Positions 38,749 to 47,492 of a DNA stretch of 64,000 nucleotides are shown in pieces; position 1 is the stretch's first letter; each line of letters opens with the position of its first letter. Position numbers and translations under genes: made by a program. Below the pieces are notes generated by a model that saw only the letters and a list, made by a program, of their open reading frames with translations, did no database searches and had not been told where the DNA came from. Origin of the DNA: an uncultured Ignavibacteria bacterium (GTDB lineage Bacteria > Zixibacteria > MSB-5A5 > RBG-16-43-9). The stretch lies in the NCBI GenBank assembly GCA_964511075.1, contig CAZEDM010000010.1, positions 25,507-89,506 on the forward strand, written 5' to 3'.

Positions 38749-39164
38749 TGGGAATAATGGAATTGAACTAACCCCTTAACATACAGAGACTTCCTTTAGT
38801 CGGATATTCCCCTCAAGAAAAGTGCAGTGATACAGCACGATTGTGAAAATAGTTGAGAAATTTGTTAAGTCAACATAATTCTAATAGCAAAAATAAGAAA
38901 GTAACTATTGTAAGGCTCTAAGGATTTTAGCATTTACTCCCATCTCCACGGTTTTATGGACGGTTTTAATATTCTCAGATTTTGTTTAACCCCTTCCACA
39001 GTTGTCCTGAATTATTTGATTACTTTTTGGGTTGACTTTTTAGACAGAAAAAATGGCAAGCACTTTCAAATTTGTCATCACATTTTGAATTTTCATTTCT
39101 TTAGATATATAAAAGTTGATAAAGTGATATATCCCTTCTGGTATTCTTAGTTTTTAAAATTTCA

Positions 39165-39200
39165 CCCGCAAGCTATTTCAACTTGCGGATTTCTTTATCT
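39165..39200 (+). terminator. intrinsic terminator-like hairpin with U-tract (no annotated plus-strand gene upstream)
   Basis: Stem ccgcaag/cttgcgg (7 bp), loop ctatttcaa, then ATTTCTTTAT. Confidence 0.5.
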
Positions 39201-39246
39201 CCTAGGCTTCTATTTTCTTATATAAGATATCGGGTAGACTCGCAAA

Positions 39247-39275
39247 GAGTGGAGACAAGCTCCACCCTTTTTCAG
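39247..39275 (-). terminator. terminator hairpin directly after the stop of the small secreted protein gene
   Basis: gtggag-acaag-ctccac, flanked by A-run/T-run (gaaaaag on minus, ctttttc on plus). It is 10 nt from the stop codon. Confidence 0.5.
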
Positions 39276-39596
39276 CTATTCACTCCTCAAGGGACAGCTA
39301 TATTTGGCCCCATATCCGGTGCCGTCTTTTGGTCCTATGCCAAAAATCCCGGTTCCATCACCTGGCCCATAACCTTTGTCTTTCCTGCACTGGGATTTCA
39401 TTCCTATCCCTTGTCCGTAGTTGTCACAGATGCCATCCTTATTCTTATCCACAAAATAGTGCCCCTTAGCTGTATCCGCCCTGGAATAAGAGGGCTGACT
39501 GAAAACCAAGCCAGTGGTCACGAGCATAAAGGATAGGAGGACTAAAAGGATCAAGCCGGTTTTGGGGATGAGGTTGTTTTTGAAAAGTTTCGGCAT
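39276..39596 (-). CDS. small secreted Gly-rich protein, hypothetical
   Basis: Start chosen at MPKLFKNNLIPKTGLILLVLLSF (signal peptide). The mature part is Gly/Asp/Cys-containing. Confidence 0.4.
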   Translation of the reverse strand: MPKLFKNNLIPKTGLILLVLLSFMLVTTGLVFSQPSYSRADTAKGHYFVDKNKDGICDNYGQGIGMKSQCRKDKGYGPGDGTGIFGIGPKDGTGYGAKYSCPLRSE

Positions 39597-39839
39597 TTCA
39601 AAGCTCCTTTCTTTTTTGAGTTTTTCAAATTTCAGACTGGTCTCCTGATTCTGCATTCATTTGGTTTGACACTCAAAAAGCAGAAAAGTTTAAAAGGAAA
39701 GAATTTTTTATTGTGAAGACAGTTCGATGCTTGTCTGTGCCAACTATCAAAATCTTATGGCATTCTGCAACTCAATTTATTTTATTAGTTTGAAACCTTT
39801 TGGGAATTACAAATTGCAGATTATTCTAGAGGTGAACCG

Positions 39840-40622
39840 ATGAGTAGAAGAGAATCGAAATCTTTTGAGCAATTGGTTAGCTTAATGAGAAAACTCCGTT
39901 CCAAAAAGGGCTGCCCCTGGGACAGGACCCAGACCCATAGGTCACTTCTTCCTTATCTTCTGGAAGAGGCTTATGAGGTCTTGGATTCAGTGGAGAAAAA
40001 GGATGATTTGAAACTTAAGGAGGAATTAGGGGATCTGCTTTTGCAGATAGTTTTTCATTCCGAGATAGCCAGGGAGGAGAACAGGTTTGATATCTATGAG
40101 GTCATCGGAAATCTGAGGGAAAAGCTTATTCAAAGGCATCCTCATGTTTTCAAAAAGAAGAAGAAGTTGTCTTCGACTCAGGTGATAAAAAACTGGGAGC
40201 ATATAAAGCTGGCAACCTCGAATAACAAATCGGTCCTATCAGGGATACCTGAAAAGCTTCCCGCTCTGCTCAAGGCTTATAGAGTGGGAGAAAAGGTAAG
40301 TAGATATGGATTCGACTGGCAGAGAAAAGGGGACATACTTCCCAAGTTGAAAGAGGAGTTAAGGGAATTTGAAAAAGCCTATCGAAGAAAGAATAGGAAA
40401 AGAATCGAGGAGGAGTTCGGGGACATATTCTTCACCCTGGTGAACCTATCCCGTCATCTGAAAATAAATCCAGAACTTGCCCTGGGAAGGACTGTTCAGA
40501 AATTCATTCGAAGATTCAATTATATTGAAGAAGAGTTATCCAGAAACAAGAAGAGTTTGAGAGAGACCAGCCTGAAAGAACTCGATAACCTGTGGGAGAA
40601 ATCCAAAGGGAGAAAAGTATAA
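39840..40622 (+). CDS. mazG: nucleoside triphosphate pyrophosphohydrolase MazG
   Basis: Two MazG EE..E..D blocks: EEAYEVLD/EELGDLLLQIVFHSEIA and EEFGDIFFTLVNLSRHL. CPWD motif. Confidence 0.85.
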   Translation: MSRRESKSFEQLVSLMRKLRSKKGCPWDRTQTHRSLLPYLLEEAYEVLDSVEKKDDLKLKEELGDLLLQIVFHSEIAREENRFDIYEVIGNLREKLIQRHPHVFKKKKKLSSTQVIKNWEHIKLATSNNKSVLSGIPEKLPALLKAYRVGEKVSRYGFDWQRKGDILPKLKEELREFEKAYRRKNRKRIEEEFGDIFFTLVNLSRHLKINPELALGRTVQKFIRRFNYIEEELSRNKKSLRETSLKELDNLWEKSKGRKV

Positions 40623-40659
40623 AAAAAGAAGGGCATTTTATTAAATGCCCTTCTTTTAG
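40621..40659. terminator. bidirectional intrinsic terminator between convergent mazG and the OmpA-family gene
   Basis: Stem gaagggcat/atgcccttc, loop tttattaa, with an A-run upstream and a T-run downstream. Confidence 0.85.
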
Positions 40660-40673
40660 GCTATTCTTCGGTT

Positions 40674-42194
40674 TTACATAACTCGCTTCAGCTCTACTCT
40701 CCGGTTCTTGGCCCGGCCCTCTTCGGTTTTGTTGTCCGCTATGGGCTGGGTCTCACCGTAACCCTTGGCAGTCAGATTGCCTGCCTTAACTCCCTTGCTG
40801 ATTAAGTATTGCATCACCGCATCGGCCCGTGCATTAGAGAGCTTAAGGTTGTGAGCATCTGAACCCTGAGAGTCAGTGTGTCCACCGATTTCCACCTTGA
40901 CATCCGGCCGCTCAATCAAGCTGGCTGCTACCTGGTCTAAGATGGTCTTGGAATCAGAAGTCAGTACAGATTTGTTGGATTCAAAGTGGACGCCATACAG
41001 GACCACCGGTTTCTCCGGTTCAGGTATGAACTCAGAGATCGGACAGCCTGTGTTATCCACTTTTGCGCCAGCCGGAGTACCCGCACATTTATCCATGCCG
41101 TCACAGACACCGTCATTATCCGTATCCATGGGGCAACCATTAGCATCCACCTTGCAGGCTTTCTTGGTATCAGCGCACTTATCCTTATAATCTGGCACTC
41201 CATCTGCATCCGCATCAAGTGGACAACCGGAGGCATCCACCTTTGCCTCCTTAGGAGTATCAGCGCACTTATCCAATCCATCACAGACACCATCCTTATC
41301 TGCATCCATGGGACAGCCGGTGGCATCTACCTTGCAACCTGCGGCAGTGCCTGGACACTTATCCAGACCATCGCAGATCCCGTCATTGTCCGCATCCAGA
41401 GGACAGCCGCTGGCATCCACCAGACAACCCAGTGGAGTATCCGGGCACTGGTCGTCCTTATCCGGTACACCATCCTTATCCGTGTCCTTGGGTTTTCCAA
41501 AATAGTAGTTTATCCCCACAAAAGCCTCTGGAATTCCCCTGGGAAGATCTAATTCGTCTGCTTCTGTGCCCACTATGTCCTTATCGTCTTTGAAGCTGGT
41601 TAAAAGCCGCGTCATATAATGAAACTTGCCACCGATGTTTATGCCCAGATTCTCTACAGGATAATACTCAATTCCCACACCTACTACAGCGGTTATCTCC
41701 TGGTCTTTTAATTCCACTGAGTCGGCAAGACCCTCTTTATCAGGGTAGAACCAGGCAAGATCGCCCTTATAGTCTTTTATCTTCCATATAGAGACACCGG
41801 GACCGCCAAAGACGTAAGGAGTAAACTTCTTCTCCGGCATAAAGTAGTAATAGGCGGCTAAGTCAATCATTATGTTCTCAAATGTATAGGCACTATCTAC
41901 CTTGGAGAAAGTAAATCCTGCTCCATCTGATTCTTTACCTGTTAGGTCTGCCTGCCAAGTGTAAGCGTAAGTTCCGGTTACGCCAATGGCTAAATTTTTC
42001 AGAATACCGTACTTCAGGGTAACTCCACCGTGATAGCCAACAATCCAGACATCGGAGTGGTCAGTTAGAACCGGTTTCCACAGCCCACCCTCTGCCCCCA
42101 ATCCGAACATACCCTTCATCTCCATGGGGTATGATGCAACGCTCAGTGTGAGAACTAACACTGCTACCCCAAATAGCCAGGTTAGTTTTTTCAC
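40674..42194 (-). CDS. OmpA-family outer membrane protein with thrombospondin type-3 (TSP3) Ca-binding repeats
   Basis: Signal peptide, an N-terminal beta-rich domain, and repeated D.D.DG(V/I)(P/C)D..D.C motifs. A C-terminal OmpA domain follows (GHTDSQGSDAHNLKLSNARADAV...RRVEL). Confidence 0.85.
   Translation of the reverse strand: MKKLTWLFGVAVLVLTLSVASYPMEMKGMFGLGAEGGLWKPVLTDHSDVWIVGYHGGVTLKYGILKNLAIGVTGTYAYTWQADLTGKESDGAGFTFSKVDSAYTFENIMIDLAAYYYFMPEKKFTPYVFGGPGVSIWKIKDYKGDLAWFYPDKEGLADSVELKDQEITAVVGVGIEYYPVENLGINIGGKFHYMTRLLTSFKDDKDIVGTEADELDLPRGIPEAFVGINYYFGKPKDTDKDGVPDKDDQCPDTPLGCLVDASGCPLDADNDGICDGLDKCPGTAAGCKVDATGCPMDADKDGVCDGLDKCADTPKEAKVDASGCPLDADADGVPDYKDKCADTKKACKVDANGCPMDTDNDGVCDGMDKCAGTPAGAKVDNTGCPISEFIPEPEKPVVLYGVHFESNKSVLTSDSKTILDQVAASLIERPDVKVEIGGHTDSQGSDAHNLKLSNARADAVMQYLISKGVKAGNLTAKGYGETQPIADNKTEEGRAKNRRVELKRVM
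41040..41495. repeat. tandem degenerate repeats encoding TSP3 motifs
   Basis: Repeated gat-rich about 40-60-nt units (e.g. ...ggatgc(a/c)gat(a/g)a(g/t)gatgg...). They encode GCPLDADNDGICDGLDKC-type repeats. Confidence 0.7.
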
Positions 42195-42338
42195 CTTCTT
42201 ACCTCCTTTTATAAGTTTTTAGTTTTGATCTACTTCTCTTCAAAGATTGATTTTTCTCCTGGGTATCACCCCCTCCAAATGATTTCAGTTAAAAATCCCT
42301 TTTTATTTATTCATACTCTAACATCTAAAGTTTTATGA

Positions 42339-42367
42339 ATTTAAAGAAATACCAACTTACTTGTCAA
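42339..42367 (-). promoter_or_regulatory. sigma70-like promoter candidate for the OmpA-family gene (TTGACA-17-TTAAAT on minus strand)
   Basis: Minus-strand TTGACA at 42367-42362 and TTAAAT at 42344-42339. Confidence 0.3.
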
Positions 42368-42397
42368 GAGTTTTTTTATTTTTTTTAAAAAAAGGTT

Positions 42398-43681
42398 TTA
42401 GTAGAGCTTAGTTATCTTCGCCCCTCTATAATAATGGGAGAGGATTGCCCTATAGCTTTGTCCTGCCCGAGCCCTTCCTAAAGCCCCCACCTGGCACATT
42501 CCCACGCCATGTCCGTTTCCAAAACCCTTGAACTCTATCTTTTCCACATCCCCTGAAGGGTCTCTCTGTAAATAGATATCGAAGAAGGTGCTGGGAAGTA
42601 TAGGATGGGGAGGGTTCTTTCTCCTCAAAACCCATCTTATGCTATCTTTTTCCAGCCTGAAAAGATTCCTGTCCGTTCTCAGCTCCAGAAGAGAAACCCT
42701 GCCAGAGGGGGACCTTTTAAGGACTTCTAAATTCAAAATCTTTCCGATTCCCCCTTTAGGAATCTCCTGATAAGAACTCAGATATTTTGAAAGGATTTCC
42801 TCCAGCTCCTCTCTTGACCAGCTTTCCTCCCAGGTGGAGTTCTTTGCCCAGGTGCAGTACCCATCATCCCCGGAGGAATGAAGATAGGGTTCTGGGGGTT
42901 TGTTCCATACTTCTTCAATCCTCTCGGTACAGCCACCGCAATTGGCATGATAATGAGCCTTGATCGGCTTTCCCTCGTAAACTAAGATCATCCCTTTGGT
43001 TTCCTTAATTGCCAGGTTAGATAATCTATCCTCAGAATCTGCTCCCAGATAGACCTGATCAGCTACCGTGGATTCCAGATCATATGTTTTCCCCTGATAA
43101 TCCCCTAAGGAGTAAAGGGCGTAGGTTCTGGCGGCTATGGTCTGAGCCTTTAAGGCTTCAAATTCTTTTTCAGTCCACTTCCCTATCTCAGCCGGCAGAA
43201 CCCCTTTCAGATAATCCTCCATAAAGACTAAGTTCAGGGCTAAAGCCCGGTTACCCTCTGGCGAAAATCTGATCTCCAGTACACCCCTGTACTTTTTCCC
43301 ATTCAGGAAAAAGCACCCCTCTTTCCCCCGGGGCTCAAAAACAATTTTCTGCAGATTTCCCTCTAACTCTTTTTGCCCCTTTGCTCCTAAGCTTATTCCA
43401 CCAGGATTTATTTTCAGCCAGATCCGGGCGGAGGAGAAGTACTCAGATAGATCTCCTTTTTGAGAATAACAACGAATTACAAATGAGCCATTCGGGGATA
43501 CCACCAGCTCCTCTCTGGTTTCTAATAGCTTGACCCTGACACTGGGATATTTCAGTCTACGATAATAAACCTCCTCGCGATAGATAGGCATCTGAGCACA
43601 GTTGGATAGGAAGATGATCAAAAGAGTCAAGCTCAGTTTGGTCCAGAAAGCCGTCAGTTTTCTGTTCCTTAAGGTAAGCAT
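42398..43681 (-). CDS. SpoIID/LytB domain-containing protein
   Basis: Signal/TM N-terminus, a conserved HYHANCGGCTE block and a C-terminal GVGMCQVGA, in a 427-aa ORF. The family assignment is from memory of SpoIID/LytB motifs. Confidence 0.65.
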   Translation of the reverse strand: MLTLRNRKLTAFWTKLSLTLLIIFLSNCAQMPIYREEVYYRRLKYPSVRVKLLETREELVVSPNGSFVIRCYSQKGDLSEYFSSARIWLKINPGGISLGAKGQKELEGNLQKIVFEPRGKEGCFFLNGKKYRGVLEIRFSPEGNRALALNLVFMEDYLKGVLPAEIGKWTEKEFEALKAQTIAARTYALYSLGDYQGKTYDLESTVADQVYLGADSEDRLSNLAIKETKGMILVYEGKPIKAHYHANCGGCTERIEEVWNKPPEPYLHSSGDDGYCTWAKNSTWEESWSREELEEILSKYLSSYQEIPKGGIGKILNLEVLKRSPSGRVSLLELRTDRNLFRLEKDSIRWVLRRKNPPHPILPSTFFDIYLQRDPSGDVEKIEFKGFGNGHGVGMCQVGALGRARAGQSYRAILSHYYRGAKITKLY

Positions 43682-44853
43682 ATTTTCCCTGAGATTTTGT
43701 TCTTATCTGTTACGAACACACCTGAATCATCTCCAGACAGCTGAGACAAAGTGATAAATGCAAACAGAGCAAAAGAAAGCGCTTCTACTGCCAGGACATT
43801 GTATCCTAACTCCTCTGATAGATATACCTTAGCCGGATAGAAAAGCTCCTTAAGTCTTGCATATAGATATCGGTTTTTTGCTCCACCTCCACAGAGGATA
43901 AGTTCCTCTATTTCTGCTTGAGGCTTAAGTAATCTCATATGGGCAGCATAAACTGATCCTGCTGTAAGCTCACTTGCCGTGGTAATGAGGTCCTCCTTTT
44001 TCGAGGAATAATTACTAATCTTCCTCGCAAAGCCTTCAGTAAATTTTTGATTAAAATCCTCACGACCTAAGCTTTTCCTTCCTTTGTGTAAGAGGGAGAT
44101 TTTTTTTATAAATAGGTCTAAGATAGGCTGGATAACTTTTCCCTCAAAAGCTATTTTACCATCTTTGTCGTAATTCTTTTGGAAATACCTTCTCATAAGA
44201 TTATCTATGAGCATATTGCCGGGACCAAAATCCCTTCCCCATATTTTGTCCACTCTTGTTCCCCGGGGCAAGAAAGTGAGATTGGTGATTCCTCCGATAT
44301 TCAGAACTGCTTGGGGTTTCTCCTTGTTGTTGAAAAGGTGAAAATGGGTTAAGGAAGTCAGAGGTGCACCCTCTCCCCCTCTGGCGATATCCTTTCTTCT
44401 GAAATCTCCTATAGTCAAAATTCCTGTGCGGGCAGAGATGATCTGCGGCTCGCCTATCTGTAGCGTTCCCCTTATTTGGTATGGTCCGATCTTCTTTTTA
44501 ACAGGGAGGTGCCTGACAGTTTGACCATGCGAGCCTATAAGGTTAATATCCTTTAAGCTCAAGCCATAGCTTCTGGTTATCTTTTTTGCAGCTTGAGCTA
44601 AATACTCTCCCAAAAGGAAATCCAGTCTTATAATTTCATCGACATTCTGGAACTCGGGCTCTGATATCCTCAGGATCTCTTTTCGTAGGCAAGCAGGGTA
44701 TTCATAGCTTTTGAAACCGAGCTGTTTGATCTTAAGCCCGCCGTTCTTATTCTCTATCTCTGCCAGACAGGCATCTATTCCATTTGCCGAGGTGCCGGAC
44801 ATAAGGCCTATGACTTTCAGCTTCTTTTTCCCCGAAATTTTTTCAAGACTCAA
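43669..44853 (-). CDS. anmK: anhydro-N-acetylmuramic acid kinase
   Basis: N-terminal IGLMSGTSANGIDA matches the AnmK signature. Size 394 aa. Confidence 0.85.
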   Translation of the reverse strand: MSLEKISGKKKLKVIGLMSGTSANGIDACLAEIENKNGGLKIKQLGFKSYEYPACLRKEILRISEPEFQNVDEIIRLDFLLGEYLAQAAKKITRSYGLSLKDINLIGSHGQTVRHLPVKKKIGPYQIRGTLQIGEPQIISARTGILTIGDFRRKDIARGGEGAPLTSLTHFHLFNNKEKPQAVLNIGGITNLTFLPRGTRVDKIWGRDFGPGNMLIDNLMRRYFQKNYDKDGKIAFEGKVIQPILDLFIKKISLLHKGRKSLGREDFNQKFTEGFARKISNYSSKKEDLITTASELTAGSVYAAHMRLLKPQAEIEELILCGGGAKNRYLYARLKELFYPAKVYLSEELGYNVLAVEALSFALFAFITLSQLSGDDSGVFVTDKNKISGKICLP

Positions 44854-44854
44854 T

Positions 44855-45838
44855 TTAACCTCTGGATAATTTCTTCTTCAAGGTAAGAATTCTATCTGTC
44901 GCCTCATATAATCGCGCAGTATTCAGTTCTCTATCTTTAAACTTCTTTTCAAAAAAATCAAGAACCTTTACTTGTTCCTCAAGATTTTCGCTAATGATAA
45001 TGACATCATCTCCCGCCTCTAAAGCCAAAATACAGGCGCTTTCCAAAGGGAAGTTGTTCCTTATACCTTTCATCTGCATATCATCGGTGACGATTAACCC
45101 TTTAAAATTCAATTCCCTTCTAAGGATACCGGTACAGATTTTCTCCGAAAGGGTAGCAGGAGAAGAGGAATCGAGTTCAGTCGCCATCACATGGGTGCTC
45201 ATTATAAAATCGACTTCACAAGAGATCGCGGTTTTAAAAGGAGGGAAGTCTATCCTCTCAAACCTTTCTTTTGAGTTAGAACTGGATGGTAGAGTCTTAT
45301 GCGGATCCACTGAGATATCCCCGATGCCCGGGAAATGTTTGGCACAGGCTAAAACACCTTCACCTCTTATAGCTTCAAGGGTTATCCTCGAGAACTCCGA
45401 CACCAGCTCAGGCTCAGACCCAAATGACCTCTCACCTATCACCGGATTAGCAGGGTTAGTGAGCACATCCACCACCGGGGCTAAGTTCACATTTACGCCC
45501 AGTTTTTTTAGCTCCCTTGCAGTCTGGCTATAAGCTTCATACACACCTTCCTTGTCCCCCTTCTTCCCATAATAAAGATTAGCCTGGGAACAGGGAAAGT
45601 CCTGTGTGATCCGGTTCACCCTTCCACCTTCCTGGTCGATCATCACAAAAAGTGGGATAGCAGAGCTTTTCTGGAGCAACTCAATATGCTTTTTGAGATC
45701 CTCCTTAGTCCCTATGTTTTCCGAGAAAAGGATCACCCCACCCAGCTGGTATCTGCGGATTAATTTTATAAACTCTTCCGGGGGCTCTACTCCTTTATAC
45801 CCCAAGGAGAAAATCTGACCAAGCTTTAGGTCCTTCAC
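44855..45838 (-). CDS. nagZ: beta-N-acetylhexosaminidase (GH3)
   Basis: GH3 N-terminal domain motifs LGGVILFSENI and KHFPGIGD.SVDPH. Confidence 0.85.
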   Translation of the reverse strand: MKDLKLGQIFSLGYKGVEPPEEFIKLIRRYQLGGVILFSENIGTKEDLKKHIELLQKSSAIPLFVMIDQEGGRVNRITQDFPCSQANLYYGKKGDKEGVYEAYSQTARELKKLGVNVNLAPVVDVLTNPANPVIGERSFGSEPELVSEFSRITLEAIRGEGVLACAKHFPGIGDISVDPHKTLPSSSNSKERFERIDFPPFKTAISCEVDFIMSTHVMATELDSSSPATLSEKICTGILRRELNFKGLIVTDDMQMKGIRNNFPLESACILALEAGDDVIIISENLEEQVKVLDFFEKKFKDRELNTARLYEATDRILTLKKKLSRG

Positions 45839-45848
45839 TCTTTTCTTC

Positions 45849-47423
45849 CTATACCGTGCAGATTAAATTCTTCCCCTGGCCTTTAGCTAAATACAAGGCC
45901 TGGTCAACCTTTTTAATCAGCTCCTCCGGCTCAACTCCGTTCTCCGGATAGGTAGCCACCCCCAGACTTACGGTCAAGCTGGCCTTTATTTTTTTCTCTT
46001 TATCCTGGAACAGGGTTTTTTCAACCTTGGAACGAATTCTCTCTCCAATGTTTCGCGCATCTTCCTTGGAGGTCTGTGGCAGTATCACCACAAATTCCTC
46101 CCCTCCATATCTAACCAGGATATCCACATCTCTTATGCAGCCTTTAATTACTACGGCTAGATCTTTTAGAATCAGATTGCCAAAGAGATGTCCGTAGGTG
46201 TCATTATACTTTTTAAACCAGTCGATGTCTATCATCAATAAAGAGAGGCTCTGATGATACCTTCTGCCTCTCTTAAGCTCACCCTCCAGCTTTCTCACAA
46301 AGTAACGATAATTATAGATTCCAGTAAGCTCATCAATGATGGTAAGGTCTTCCATCTTCTGATGCAGTCGGGCATTCTCTAAAGCCATTGCTGCAGAACC
46401 AGCCAATATGGAGAAGACCTTATGGTCCTGTTCCGAGAAGGCACCTACTTTTTTGGATTCGGCATTCAAGACCCCTATCGTTTTTCCATGGGAGATCATA
46501 GGGACTGCCATCTCAGAATGGGCACCTTCCAAACCAGGTATATAGCGGGAGTCATCCTTTACCTCATAGATCCTTACCCCTTTTCCCTCTTTTAGAACTG
46601 AGCCGGTGATACCGCTCAAGGGTATGCGGGGAGGGTCGGTGTATTTGAGCTTCTCCCCAAATTCTATTTTCCCTTTTAAAAGAAAAACGTCCTTTTCCTC
46701 GTTCAGAAGTAAAATGGAGAAATGCTGATATCTTAGAACCCTGTGGGCTATCTCCAGGACCTCATCTATAACCTGTTCGAACTTGTAGATCTCACCCAGG
46801 GAACGGCTTGCCTCATATACGGTCTCAATCTGTACCTGGGATTTCTCCAGCTCCGAGGTCCTCTGGTTTAAGGTATCGAATACCTGCATGAGGTTTGTCT
46901 GTGAAGCCTTCAGGAAAGTAGAAAGCTTGCCGATTCCAGCGGCAAATAACCAGATGAAAGATATGCGGATTAAAAGATCGCCCAGAAAAAGCTCATTCAG
47001 GTGGAGGGCGTTGGCTATCAGGTAAAAGAAGCTGGCTAAGAAAGCCAGGAAAAGTCCTGAGCCAAAACCCAGGTGATATGCGCCCAGTGAGATAGAGAGG
47101 TAATATAGCAGATAAAAATCGCTTTTGACCCCGCCGGTGACTAAGATCAGGAGAGTTATGAAAACCAAATCAATGATTGAAGTCAGGCTATAAAACTGGA
47201 CATTTTTGGGTTTGAACTTATTGACATAGATGTAGAGACCCACAAGCTGGAGTAGGAAGATGGCAAGCAAAGCCCAGCTGTAAGAGGCATAGGGCAGACT
47301 ATCCCGGGCAAAGGCAAGCCAGATGCAAAGCCCCAAAAAAAGCAAGCTTCTGGCAAAAAAGAAAAGGTTATTTGCCCCTAAATAGTTTTCCCAGCTATTT
47401 TTTTGCAGGGGAGAACTGTTCAT
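45849..47423 (-). CDS. membrane sensor diguanylate cyclase (6 TM - GAF - GGDEF)
   Basis: The C-terminus has the DELTGIYNYRYF...RYGGEEFVVILPQT (GGEEF) active site. A central GAF-like region and an N-terminal polytopic domain are present. Confidence 0.85.
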   Translation of the reverse strand: MNSSPLQKNSWENYLGANNLFFFARSLLFLGLCIWLAFARDSLPYASYSWALLAIFLLQLVGLYIYVNKFKPKNVQFYSLTSIIDLVFITLLILVTGGVKSDFYLLYYLSISLGAYHLGFGSGLFLAFLASFFYLIANALHLNELFLGDLLIRISFIWLFAAGIGKLSTFLKASQTNLMQVFDTLNQRTSELEKSQVQIETVYEASRSLGEIYKFEQVIDEVLEIAHRVLRYQHFSILLLNEEKDVFLLKGKIEFGEKLKYTDPPRIPLSGITGSVLKEGKGVRIYEVKDDSRYIPGLEGAHSEMAVPMISHGKTIGVLNAESKKVGAFSEQDHKVFSILAGSAAMALENARLHQKMEDLTIIDELTGIYNYRYFVRKLEGELKRGRRYHQSLSLLMIDIDWFKKYNDTYGHLFGNLILKDLAVVIKGCIRDVDILVRYGGEEFVVILPQTSKEDARNIGERIRSKVEKTLFQDKEKKIKASLTVSLGVATYPENGVEPEELIKKVDQALYLAKGQGKNLICTV

Positions 47424-47492
47424 CTGAAAATTGTTTTAATTAAACCTTAAGACTTCTACAGCTTATTTTTTTTATCGGCAGAAAGCTGAAAA

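Noticed and set aside
38956-39150. 64-aa plus-strand ORF in the sigma-gene upstream gap
   Set aside because: No SD, and the W/F/H/C/Y-rich composition is typical of translated AT-rich non-coding DNA. The region is kept only as an sRNA candidate (see finding).
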